Assembly (NCBI GenBank): GCA_044440125.1
Contig: JBITAJ010000027.1
Location: 224,001 to 288,000, forward strand
DNA: 64,000 nucleotides
DNA from: Sedimentisphaeraceae bacterium JB056
GTDB taxonomy: Bacteria > Planctomycetota > Phycisphaerae > Sedimentisphaerales > Sedimentisphaeraceae
Direction of reading: 5' to 3'
Part shown: positions 46,067-53,872 of the stretch, in pieces
Layout: each line of letters opens with the position of its first letter
Position numbering within the stretch: position 1 is the stretch's first letter
Position numbers and translations under genes: made by a program
The notes under the pieces: generated by a model
The model's database searches: none
What the model was told of the DNA's origin: nothing
What the model saw: only the letters and a program-made list of their open reading frames with translations

Positions 46067-48055
46067 ATGAAATATTCCTTACTAAAAGAAGTTGATATTA
46101 AAAGCGTTGCACCGAAAGGTTGGCTTCGTCGTTACCTGATAAATCAGAAGCACGGCCTTACCGGAAATCTGGAAGTTGCCGGGTTCCCTTTTGATACAAA
46201 AGGTTGGGCCGGTCCATTGGTCAAGGCTGAAACCGGTCATATGTGGTGGCCTTACGAGCAGTATTCTTACTGGATCGACGGTATGCTTAAATGCGGCTAT
46301 CTGTTGAATGATAATGAACTCGTTGAGAGAGCAAGGAAGCAGATAAGTTATGTGTTCAAGCGTGTTAAGAAGGATGGTTGGTTGGGGCCTAAGGCTTTGC
46401 AGAAAACTAATTCTGATAACCTCTGGCCATATGCGATATTCTTGCGTGCTGTTCTTGTCGAGTATTCAGCAACCGGCAATGAGAATATCATAAAAATGAT
46501 GAGGCGTCATTTTGCAAGCCGTGAAATCAACATATCAGAGCTTAGGGAAATCTGTAATATAGAGCCAATGGCTTATGTCCATTCCTTAAGCGGTGATAAA
46601 AAACTACTCAAAGAAATTGAGGGCAAATACGAAGCTTACAATGCACAGTCAGATGATGATGTTTGCGATCCTTGTGTTATCTTCAATCATCATATCCTGC
46701 AGAGAAATCTTCTCTCAGATCAAAAGCCGGGTGTTCATGGTGTTACATATAATGAAATAGGTAAACTTGGCGCTATAATCTATATGTGCAATGGAGATAA
46801 AAAAGCTCTTGAGACTGCGGTTAATGCATATAAGAAGATTGATAAATACAACCTTATGGTCGATGGTGTCTGCAGCAGTTCAGAGTTGATGAGCGACAAG
46901 GATCCTCTCGATACTCATGAGACATGTGATATTGCGGATTATACCTGGGGTCTTGGTTATTTGCTTATGGCAACAGGTGAGATGTCTTATGCCGACAGAA
47001 TCGAGAAGGCGTGTTTCAATGCTGCTCCGGGCGCTGTTACGAATGATTTCAAGGCGCTGCAGTATTTTTCAGGGCCTAATCAGGTTATTTGTGATAAACA
47101 ATCAAATCATAACGAGTTTTTCTTTGGCAATTCTTCGATGTCGTACAGACCCAATCCTTTTACGGAGTGCTGCCCCGGTGCGGTACACAGGATTATGCCT
47201 AATTATGTTTCCCGTATGTGGATGAAGGATGGTGATGATGGTATTACGGCTGTTTTGTATGGTCCTTCCGAGATAACTGCTTCTGTTGGAAAATCCGGTA
47301 AGAGCGTTAAGATAACAGAGGATACCAACTATCCATTTTCAGAAGATATCAATTTTATAGTAGAGTGTGAAGAGTCGGTGGAGTTTGATTTTGGATTCAG
47401 GATACCTTCATGGACACGCAGGGCTTCATTGTTTGTTAACGGCAAGAAAGTGAAGGGGCTAAAACTCAAAGCCGGTAAGCTCTGCAAATTGAGCCGTGTT
47501 TTTAATAGTAATGATATTGTAACTCTTAGATTGCCGATGAAGCTAAAAGTTACAAAATGGCCTAAAGGCGGCGTTGCTGTTGAAAGAGGTCCTATTGTAT
47601 ATTCATTGCCGATAGAAGCGGATAAGAGGGTTGACAGAGCCGATAAGAAATCAAATTCAGATTTTCCCGCATGGAATATGACTCCTAAAGGTGACTGGAA
47701 CTATGCTCTTGCTGTGAATTCAAAGAATATTGAGCAAAAAGTTGAAGTTGTTTTGAACGGGGCAGCCGGATATCCGTGGGATGCCGAGCAGCCGCCGGTT
47801 TCATTGAAAGTGCCTGCCAGAAAAGTTAAGGGCTGGAAGATAAAGAAGCTGAAAAATCCTAAAATAAGGTATATTCTTTCCAATGGCACTGAGTATCATT
47901 GTGAAGATATGAAGGGTGTATATTCTGTAACTCCAGATTTGCCGGATGGAGAGAAACTTCAGAGTAAGCTTTCGGCTAAAGAGGAGACTATAACACTTGT
48001 TCCTTATGGATGTACTGAGCTTCGGATGACCATATTTCCAAGTGCGAAGGATTGA
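46067..48055 (+). CDS. GH127-like (beta-L-arabinofuranosidase family) protein
   Basis: PKGWL, WWPYEQ..YW.DG, HGV, HETC, ECC, YPF, RGP.VYSL, LVPYGCT.LR. Confidence 0.82.
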   Translation: MKYSLLKEVDIKSVAPKGWLRRYLINQKHGLTGNLEVAGFPFDTKGWAGPLVKAETGHMWWPYEQYSYWIDGMLKCGYLLNDNELVERARKQISYVFKRVKKDGWLGPKALQKTNSDNLWPYAIFLRAVLVEYSATGNENIIKMMRRHFASREINISELREICNIEPMAYVHSLSGDKKLLKEIEGKYEAYNAQSDDDVCDPCVIFNHHILQRNLLSDQKPGVHGVTYNEIGKLGAIIYMCNGDKKALETAVNAYKKIDKYNLMVDGVCSSSELMSDKDPLDTHETCDIADYTWGLGYLLMATGEMSYADRIEKACFNAAPGAVTNDFKALQYFSGPNQVICDKQSNHNEFFFGNSSMSYRPNPFTECCPGAVHRIMPNYVSRMWMKDGDDGITAVLYGPSEITASVGKSGKSVKITEDTNYPFSEDINFIVECEESVEFDFGFRIPSWTRRASLFVNGKKVKGLKLKAGKLCKLSRVFNSNDIVTLRLPMKLKVTKWPKGGVAVERGPIVYSLPIEADKRVDRADKKSNSDFPAWNMTPKGDWNYALAVNSKNIEQKVEVVLNGAAGYPWDAEQPPVSLKVPARKVKGWKIKKLKNPKIRYILSNGTEYHCEDMKGVYSVTPDLPDGEKLQSKLSAKEETITLVPYGCTELRMTIFPSAKD

Positions 48056-48140
48056 GTTTGGATTTGTAACAATGATGGTGTTGGGTTTTAGCTCGCTGTA
48101 TTGAAAAAACGAAGGCTGGTATACTGCTTTTGTTTTTGAG

Positions 48141-48169
48141 TTGACATATTTCATAGAGGTTTATATAAT
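48141..48169 (+). promoter_or_regulatory. Consensus sigma70 promoter
   Basis: TTGACA-17 bp-TATAAT exact. Confidence 0.85.
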
Positions 48170-48176
48170 CTCTTAT

Positions 48177-48980
48177 ATGGAACATGGTATTTCAAATAAG
48201 GAACAAGGTGCAAGGCAGGCATTAGAGGAGCAATCAGCCCCTGCGATGAAACTGCTTGATGTATTGGAGTATTTCACTCTATACAGCGGGTCTTCGTCAT
48301 TGGTTGAGATTTCAAAGCAAACCGGGATTCCCAAGGCAACTTTGCTGCGAATTCTTAATACATTGACTGCGCGAGGTTATGTCTGCAAAGATGCTGATAA
48401 AAGATACTCCCCGTTGTTTAATCTGGCAAAAGCGAGCAGTTTGCCTGCAAGTCTGGAGCCGATACTGGCTGATTCACTTCAAAATTTAATCTCAGCCGGT
48501 TGTGATTCGGCAGAAATCATACTTTTGAGAGAGTCTGATATCTTCTGGCACGCGAAAGTCGAACAGCAGCAGATTCAATTACGGATCAACGCTAAACCCG
48601 GTTGGCGTCGTACTATCTATGAACTTGATGCTCCCAGCAGATTGTTTCTTGCGTATATCGGCAGGGAAGGTGTTGAGGCCTGTTTTGATACAAGCAAGTT
48701 TTACGATACCTCCTATCGTCCCTGCACGTGGCAGAAGAGTGTAGAGATGTTTTCGGCGGAGAATATAGACGGGGTCAGTTATGATAAGACGGGCAACAGC
48801 AATGGCGTAAGGCGATTTGCCACGTTATTGATCGCGTCAAATGTTCCGTTTATTGTTTCGGTTGCAGAGGCCGCAATTTCTAAAAACAATACTGATGAGC
48901 ATATCGCGAAGATTGCAGAAATATTAATCAAAGAGCGCAAGAGAATTTCGCGCTGCATAAGTAAGGAGAAATTGTTGTGA
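48177..48980 (+). CDS. IclR-type HTH transcriptional regulator with divergent effector domain (start probably 48177)
   Basis: LDVLEYF...SLVEISKQTGIPKATLLRILNTL..RGYV. Confidence 0.82.
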   Translation: MEHGISNKEQGARQALEEQSAPAMKLLDVLEYFTLYSGSSSLVEISKQTGIPKATLLRILNTLTARGYVCKDADKRYSPLFNLAKASSLPASLEPILADSLQNLISAGCDSAEIILLRESDIFWHAKVEQQQIQLRINAKPGWRRTIYELDAPSRLFLAYIGREGVEACFDTSKFYDTSYRPCTWQKSVEMFSAENIDGVSYDKTGNSNGVRRFATLLIASNVPFIVSVAEAAISKNNTDEHIAKIAEILIKERKRISRCISKEKLL

Positions 48981-50461
48981 GAATTTTATATCTGGATATT
49001 GATACACTTAGACCGGATCACCTTGGTTGTTATGGTTATCATCGCAATACATCACCCAATATCGACCGTATTGCTGAAGAGGGCGTGCGGTTTAATAATT
49101 ATTATTGTTCCGATGCTCCATGTCTGCCGTCGCGATCAGCACTTATGAGCAGTATGTATGGTATCCATACCGGAGCCATTGGGCATGGCGGAACTTCTGC
49201 TGATTTTCGTTTGCAGGGTGAGTCTCGCGGTTTTCGAAGTGATTGGGATCTACAATCTCTTCCGCAGATATATCGAAATGCCGGTATGCATACAGCGATT
49301 ATCAGTCCGTTTGCCGAGAGGCACAGCAGTTTTACTTATTATGCCGGTTTTAACGAGATGCATAATACAGGGAAGTGTGGTTCAGAATCTGCTGAAGAGA
49401 TATCTCCAGTTGTGCTTGACTGGCTGGATCGAAATGCTCAGAGCGACAATTGGTATCTTCATGTGAATTATTGGGATCCGCATACGCCTTACCGCGCACC
49501 TGCTGATTTCGGCAATCCATTCAACGAAGATCCTTTGCCGGATTGGTTTACGCCTGAGGTTCTTGAGCATCACAACAAGCACGTGGGGCCGCACTCATCA
49601 CTTGAAACAGGTATGTATAATGGAGATGATAATGCGGAATATCCGCGTCAGCCAGGCACTGTGAAAACAATGGAACGCCTGAAGGAATTTGTTGACGGTT
49701 ATGATTGCGGCGTGCGGTATATGGATGAGCATGTGGGCGGGATTCTTAGTATGCTTGAAGATAAAGGTGTACTTGATGATACGGTGATAATTGTAAGTTC
49801 CGATCATGGCGAGAATATTGGCGAGCTGGGGCTTTATGCTGAACATGGCACGGCGGACAATATAACTTGCCGTATTCCGATGATAATTCGCTGGCCCGGA
49901 CGGGTCAAGGCCGGAGAGGTTGATGGTCTGCATTTGAATATAGACCTTGCACCGACTATGGCTGATATGCTGAATCAACCGCCGCATCCTAATTGGGAAG
50001 GCAGGAGTTTTTCTCAGACCCTTACAGATGGTGAGGATACGGGTTATGATGATATTGTTATAAGCCAGTGTGCCCATGTCTGTCAGCGCAGCGTGCGTTG
50101 GGATGATTGGCTGTATATGCGAACTTATCATGATGGGTACCATTTGTTCCCGCAGGAAATGCTGTATAACATCAAGGAAGATCCGCATGAGCAAAATGAT
50201 CTTGCATCCAGGCATCCGGAGCTTTGCCGTGAAGGTGTGTGGCGGCTGATGAAGTGGCACGATGAAATGATGGCGACTCAGCCATTCGGCTATACTGAAG
50301 ATCCTATGTGGACAGTGATATCTGAGGGCGGTCCGTTTCATGCAAAGGGGCATTTACATGATTACTGCAACCGCCTTGAAGCAACGGGCAGGGGCTGGGC
50401 TGTTCCAATATTGAAACAACGCCATCCGTATGAGTTTCCCAATTCAACTTCGAATTGCTGA
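48977..50461 (+). CDS. Cys-type sulfatase (S1 family)
   Basis: IDTLRPDH, CLPSR, WDPHTPY, SDHGE, DLAPT; GTGA overlap with regulator. Confidence 0.92.
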   Translation: MRILYLDIDTLRPDHLGCYGYHRNTSPNIDRIAEEGVRFNNYYCSDAPCLPSRSALMSSMYGIHTGAIGHGGTSADFRLQGESRGFRSDWDLQSLPQIYRNAGMHTAIISPFAERHSSFTYYAGFNEMHNTGKCGSESAEEISPVVLDWLDRNAQSDNWYLHVNYWDPHTPYRAPADFGNPFNEDPLPDWFTPEVLEHHNKHVGPHSSLETGMYNGDDNAEYPRQPGTVKTMERLKEFVDGYDCGVRYMDEHVGGILSMLEDKGVLDDTVIIVSSDHGENIGELGLYAEHGTADNITCRIPMIIRWPGRVKAGEVDGLHLNIDLAPTMADMLNQPPHPNWEGRSFSQTLTDGEDTGYDDIVISQCAHVCQRSVRWDDWLYMRTYHDGYHLFPQEMLYNIKEDPHEQNDLASRHPELCREGVWRLMKWHDEMMATQPFGYTEDPMWTVISEGGPFHAKGHLHDYCNRLEATGRGWAVPILKQRHPYEFPNSTSNC

Positions 50462-50506
50462 AAAGCCTAAAAAATAATTGCCGATAAAGATAAATATGTC
50501 TTTATC

Positions 50507-50844
50507 GCTCCCCGTTCCATACGCGTATGTGGAAAGGTTTTTCGGGTTAACACAAAAATTCATCGGGGGTGGTAAAATCGAATTACCCTTGTTTGGAAAA
50601 AGTCTCTGTTTTTGCAAATGTCTGTAAATATTGTGCTTACGAAGTCTGTTTTTTGGGGTACACTAAGCGAAACAAGCTCTATGCTCTCAAAAATAGAGAG
50701 TGTCAAATCTTTTTTGTTTTTTTTAAGCTATCGTTTTCTGGTCAAAATCAGCTCGAATTATTACGAAATCATGCTTTGTTCTTCTTTTGACTTAACAGTA
50801 ATCACTATTTGTGAACTATAGCCATTTTTAGCTTGTGTTTAGTG
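50507..50844. repeat. About 340-bp non-coding direct repeat, copy A
   Basis: Aligns end to end with 51004-51342; starts GCTCCCCGTTCCATACGCGTATGTGGAA. Confidence 0.9.
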
Positions 50845-50850
50845 CTTCTG

Positions 50851-51001
50851 GCGGTGTTCCAAAAGTCGTAAACCTTCTCTATGCCGCTTTTTTGACTCTG
50901 CGATATGATTTCAGTAAGCCGCCAAGCCGCTGAAATTCTACAATTTCACCGTATTTATCTTGCGGCAGAGGAGCTATGATTTTTCCGCCGAGTCCAAGAT
51001 G
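50851..51001 (-). mobile_element. Remnant of DDE integrase-core (IS481/IS3-like) transposase C-terminus and element end
   Basis: Own translation 51001-50879: HLGLGGKIIAPLPQDKYGEIVEFQRLGGLLKSYRRVKKAA*; RLGGLL..Y.R..A tail typical of this family; followed by TTTTGGAAC. Confidence 0.75.
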
Positions 51002-51003
51002 TG

Positions 51004-51342
51004 GCTCCCCGTTCCATACGCGTATGTGGAAATGTTTTTCGGGTTAACACAAAAAATCATCGGGGGTGGTAAAATCGAATTACCCTTGTTTGGAAAAAGT
51101 CTCTATTTTTGCAAATGTTTGCAAATATGGTGTTTACGGAAAGGCTGTTTTGAGGTATTCTAAGTTTGTGAAGCTCTATGCTCTCAAAAACAGAGAGTGT
51201 TAAATCTTTTTTGATTTTTCTTAAGCTATCGTTTTCTGGTCAAATCAGCTCGAATTATTACGGAATCATGCGTTGCTCTTCTTTTAAGGTAACAGCAATC
51301 GCAATTTGTGAGCTATCGCCATTTCGAGCCGGTTTTTTAGTG
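51004..51342. repeat. About 340-bp non-coding direct repeat, copy B
   Basis: Aligns with 50507-50844 with scattered substitutions and small indels. Confidence 0.9.
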
Positions 51343-51520
51343 TAATAATAAAAGTTAGCTATTTTAAGCGACGACTTATTACAGGACTGTACAGCCATCT
51401 TACTTTTATGCAATATTCTCTATAACAGTAAATTAAAAAAACATTAGTCAAGAAGACATAGCATTTATATATATTTTTTGTTATATTATTATCCGTGATC
51501 ATTAAAATGGAGTTTTGATA

Positions 51521-52423
51521 ATGGCCGGAAAAACAATTAAGTTATTTTTAACAGATGGTAAACCCGACGGGCTGAAAATTGCTGAACTGCAGCAATGGAC
51601 CGGGATCGCACTGACCTGCCCTCGTTCTGAGATAGAAAAGCTGACCAGGCGGGAAGAAGCTTCCAAACCAGGTGTTTACATACTCACCAGTCAGGACGAA
51701 CAATCCCAGTTTTTTGCGGCATATATCGGCGAGGCTGAAAACATATCAAGTCATCTCAAAGAGCATAATCGCACACTGGATTTCTGGGACAATATTTGCT
51801 TTTTCACTCAAAAAGATGATAATCTCACCAAGGGCCACATTCGATATCTTGAAGCACGAATGATCCAGGTAGCCCGGAAAGCAAAACGAATGCCCTTGAA
51901 AAACAGTTCCAACCCAACTCCTGAGAATATTCCTCTCCCGGAATCGGACGTTGCCGACATGGAATACTTTCTCGGGCAAATGCAAATGATACTGCCGGTT
52001 CTGGGAATTGATCTGCTCAAACCTCAACCGCAAGTTTCCAACACAGAGGCAGCCGCCAATACCGAAGAATCTCCTTTATTTGAGTTCAAATCATCTGATG
52101 CTGTTGCAACTGCTAAAACAGTAAACGGTGAATTCGTAGTACTGGAAGGTTCCATGGCTCGAAAAGAGGAAGTCCCTTCCTTCAAAACTCACTGCCCCAG
52201 TTCATTTAAAAAACGCCGCGAGCTGCTCGAAACAGGCGTTTTGACAGACTACAATGCAAAACAATACCGATTCAATGAAGATTACGCTTTTCGAAGCCCA
52301 AGCGGAGCGGCAGATGTTTTAGCAGGAAGATCAGTTAACGGCAGAAAAGAATGGAAGGTCAAAAATACCGGCCAGACTTACGCCGACTGGGACGAGCAAA
52401 GAATAGCGAAAGCTGCAACTTAA
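51521..52423 (+). CDS. GIY-YIG nuclease family protein with C-terminal DUF4357-like domain
   Basis: KTIKLFL.DG.PDG, PGVYIL...YIGEAE, YLE.RMI, F.SPSGAA..L.GRS.NG..EWK; GGAG RBS. Confidence 0.85.
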   Translation: MAGKTIKLFLTDGKPDGLKIAELQQWTGIALTCPRSEIEKLTRREEASKPGVYILTSQDEQSQFFAAYIGEAENISSHLKEHNRTLDFWDNICFFTQKDDNLTKGHIRYLEARMIQVARKAKRMPLKNSSNPTPENIPLPESDVADMEYFLGQMQMILPVLGIDLLKPQPQVSNTEAAANTEESPLFEFKSSDAVATAKTVNGEFVVLEGSMARKEEVPSFKTHCPSSFKKRRELLETGVLTDYNAKQYRFNEDYAFRSPSGAADVLAGRSVNGRKEWKVKNTGQTYADWDEQRIAKAAT

Positions 52424-52504
52424 ATGATTAGACAGTTTGTTTCTCAGAATTCCAGAGAGAATCGTCCTTCGATGTAATTTTGGCAGTCTTGAATGCGTAA
52501 AAAA

Positions 52505-52571
52505 GACTCACTACATTAATGCCAGTTGTATTCTGAACGAACGTAGTGGGTCGAAAAGCTCGGCGACCCAA
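52505..52571. repeat. GTAG-type REP-like inverted pair
   Basis: GACTCACTAC...GTAGTGGGTC and GGGTCG...CGACCC. Confidence 0.45.
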
Positions 52572-52676
52572 CCGGTCCTAACACATTCATTTCAGGCCAT
52601 TACAAGGCACCGATTTCGAACCTGTTAACCAAGAGATATGTACTTGTCTAAAACGACTTAATATCCAATCCCCTAA

Positions 52677-52765
52677 CCGTTCCATAGGCGTATGTGGAAC
52701 GGGTTTTCGGATTAACTCAAAAAATCATCGGAGTGATGAATTAGTATTATTCTTGTTTGGAAAAG
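52677..52765. repeat. Partial third copy (C) of the 340-bp repeat
   Basis: CCGTTCCATAGGCGTATGTGGAACGGGTTTTCGGATTAACTCAAAAAATCATCGG...CTTGTTTGGAAAAG. Confidence 0.85.
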
Positions 52766-52776
52766 CTGGGCGTTTT

Positions 52777-53118
52777 TTATGTTTTTCTTACGAATTCGGA
52801 TTTCAGCATCATTGCTCCGAAGCCGTCGATTTTGCAGTCGATATCGTGGTCGCCTTCAACCAGTCTGATGTTTTTTACCTTCGTTCCGGCTTTTATCTTT
52901 GAGTTTGAGCCTTTTACCGGCAGGTCTTTGATCAATGATACGGTGTCGCCGTTTTCGAGGATATTGCCGTTGGCGTCCTTAAAGATTGGGCCGGTTTCCT
53001 CCTGAGCGTCGGCGGCATCAGGGTTCCATTCGTAAGCACATTCAGGACAAATATATAGCCCTCTGTCAGGATAGGTGTATTCACAGTCGCATTTAGGGCA
53101 GTTAGGTATTTCGCTCAT
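52777..53118 (-). CDS. yjdM: YjdM/PhnA-family zinc-ribbon protein
   Basis: CPKC..EYTY...[45 protein letters not shown]. Confidence 0.92.
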   Translation of the reverse strand: MSEIPNCPKCDCEYTYPDRGLYICPECAYEWNPDAADAQEETGPIFKDANGNILENGDTVSLIKDLPVKGSNSKIKAGTKVKNIRLVEGDHDIDCKIDGFGAMMLKSEFVRKT

Positions 53119-53142
53119 AGTCTTTCCTTTAGAATTTTAAAC

Positions 53143-53180
53143 AAAAAAAGCTCTGAAAGATTTCTCTAACAGAGCTTTTT
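53143..53180. terminator. Terminator-like hairpin just upstream of yjdM
   Basis: AAAAAGCTCTG...CAGAGCTTTTT with A/T tracts on both sides. Confidence 0.7.
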
Positions 53181-53264
53181 ACTCCCCATTCCATTCGGAA
53201 TACGGAAAGCGGAATTGCTTAACAGGGCTTGGGATGAGCGAGTGGACGCGAATACGTAAAGGTG

Positions 53265-53312
53265 AAAATGTTCTACGTTTTAGATTTACCTAAAATAAAC
53301 GTAGAACATTTT
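53265..53312. repeat. Perfect 16-bp inverted repeat
   Basis: AAAATGTTCTACGTTT-16 nt-AAACGTAGAACATTTT. Confidence 0.85.
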
Positions 53313-53409
53313 TTTTCGATTTTAGCTTAAGGTTCGCAATTTGATTTAGAGGGTTCGAATAGATTTGAATACGAATTCTTTAGTCAAGATTCTATAAAGA
53401 ATCTTCTTA

Positions 53410-53570
53410 GCGACGTTCCAAAACCCATATTTGCCTTTAGGCAACTTTTTGACTCGTCGATAGCTTCGGAGCAGGCCGCCGAGCCGCTCAAATTCCACTA
53501 CATCACCGTCTTGATTCTGAGGATAAAAATCAATAATTCTACCGCTAAGAGTTGAGTGTGAAAGTTCACC
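53410..53570 (-). mobile_element. Second remnant of the same transposase C-terminus
   Basis: HSTLSGRIIDFYPQNQDGDVVEFERLGGLLRSYRRVKK, 1-nt deletion before the stop; homologous to 50851-51001. Confidence 0.72.
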
Positions 53571-53722
53571 TATTTTTGCATATTGAGTAATGTTGCTTGA
53601 GTTCCTTTATTAGTCAGGCTTTTCATTAAGGCAGTAGATAATCTTAAATTTTGTCTCATAATAAACAATGATACTGCTGCTGGAATTTAGAGTAATTTTT
53701 AACTTTTAAATTTGCTCTAAAT

Positions 53723-53863
53723 TCATGAAGTTTTAATAGGCTTCTCAAGTGGCTTATCAAACCATTTGCCATCGCGTCCCTGATTTTTATAATCAGCCTT
53801 TTAATCCCAGATACCATTAAGCGTTTTCACTTCTTTGGTTCCTGTTTCCTGTGGGAACAGCAT
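53723..53863 (-). pseudogene. Truncated beta-glucuronidase (GH2, UidA-like) N-terminus with in-frame stop
   Basis: Own translation MLFPQETGTKEVKTLNGIWD*KADYKNQGRDGKWFDKPLEKPI resembles the UidA start ML.P.ET.TRE...L.G.W.F; GAGGA RBS right after the sulfatase stop. Confidence 0.75.
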
Positions 53864-53872
53864 TCTTTATCC

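Noticed and set aside
50960..51163. ORF containing WLP and TGGCTCCCCG as a serine-integrase C-terminus or tRNA-derived att site
   Set aside because: No T-loop-like GGTTCGA sequence, no tRNA and no integrase nearby; the upstream DNA is better read as a minus-strand transposase remnant.
50507..53225. Integron attC array
   Set aside because: No integron integrase, the repeats lack clear RYYYAAC/GTTRRRY boxes, and cargo genes are in opposite orientations.
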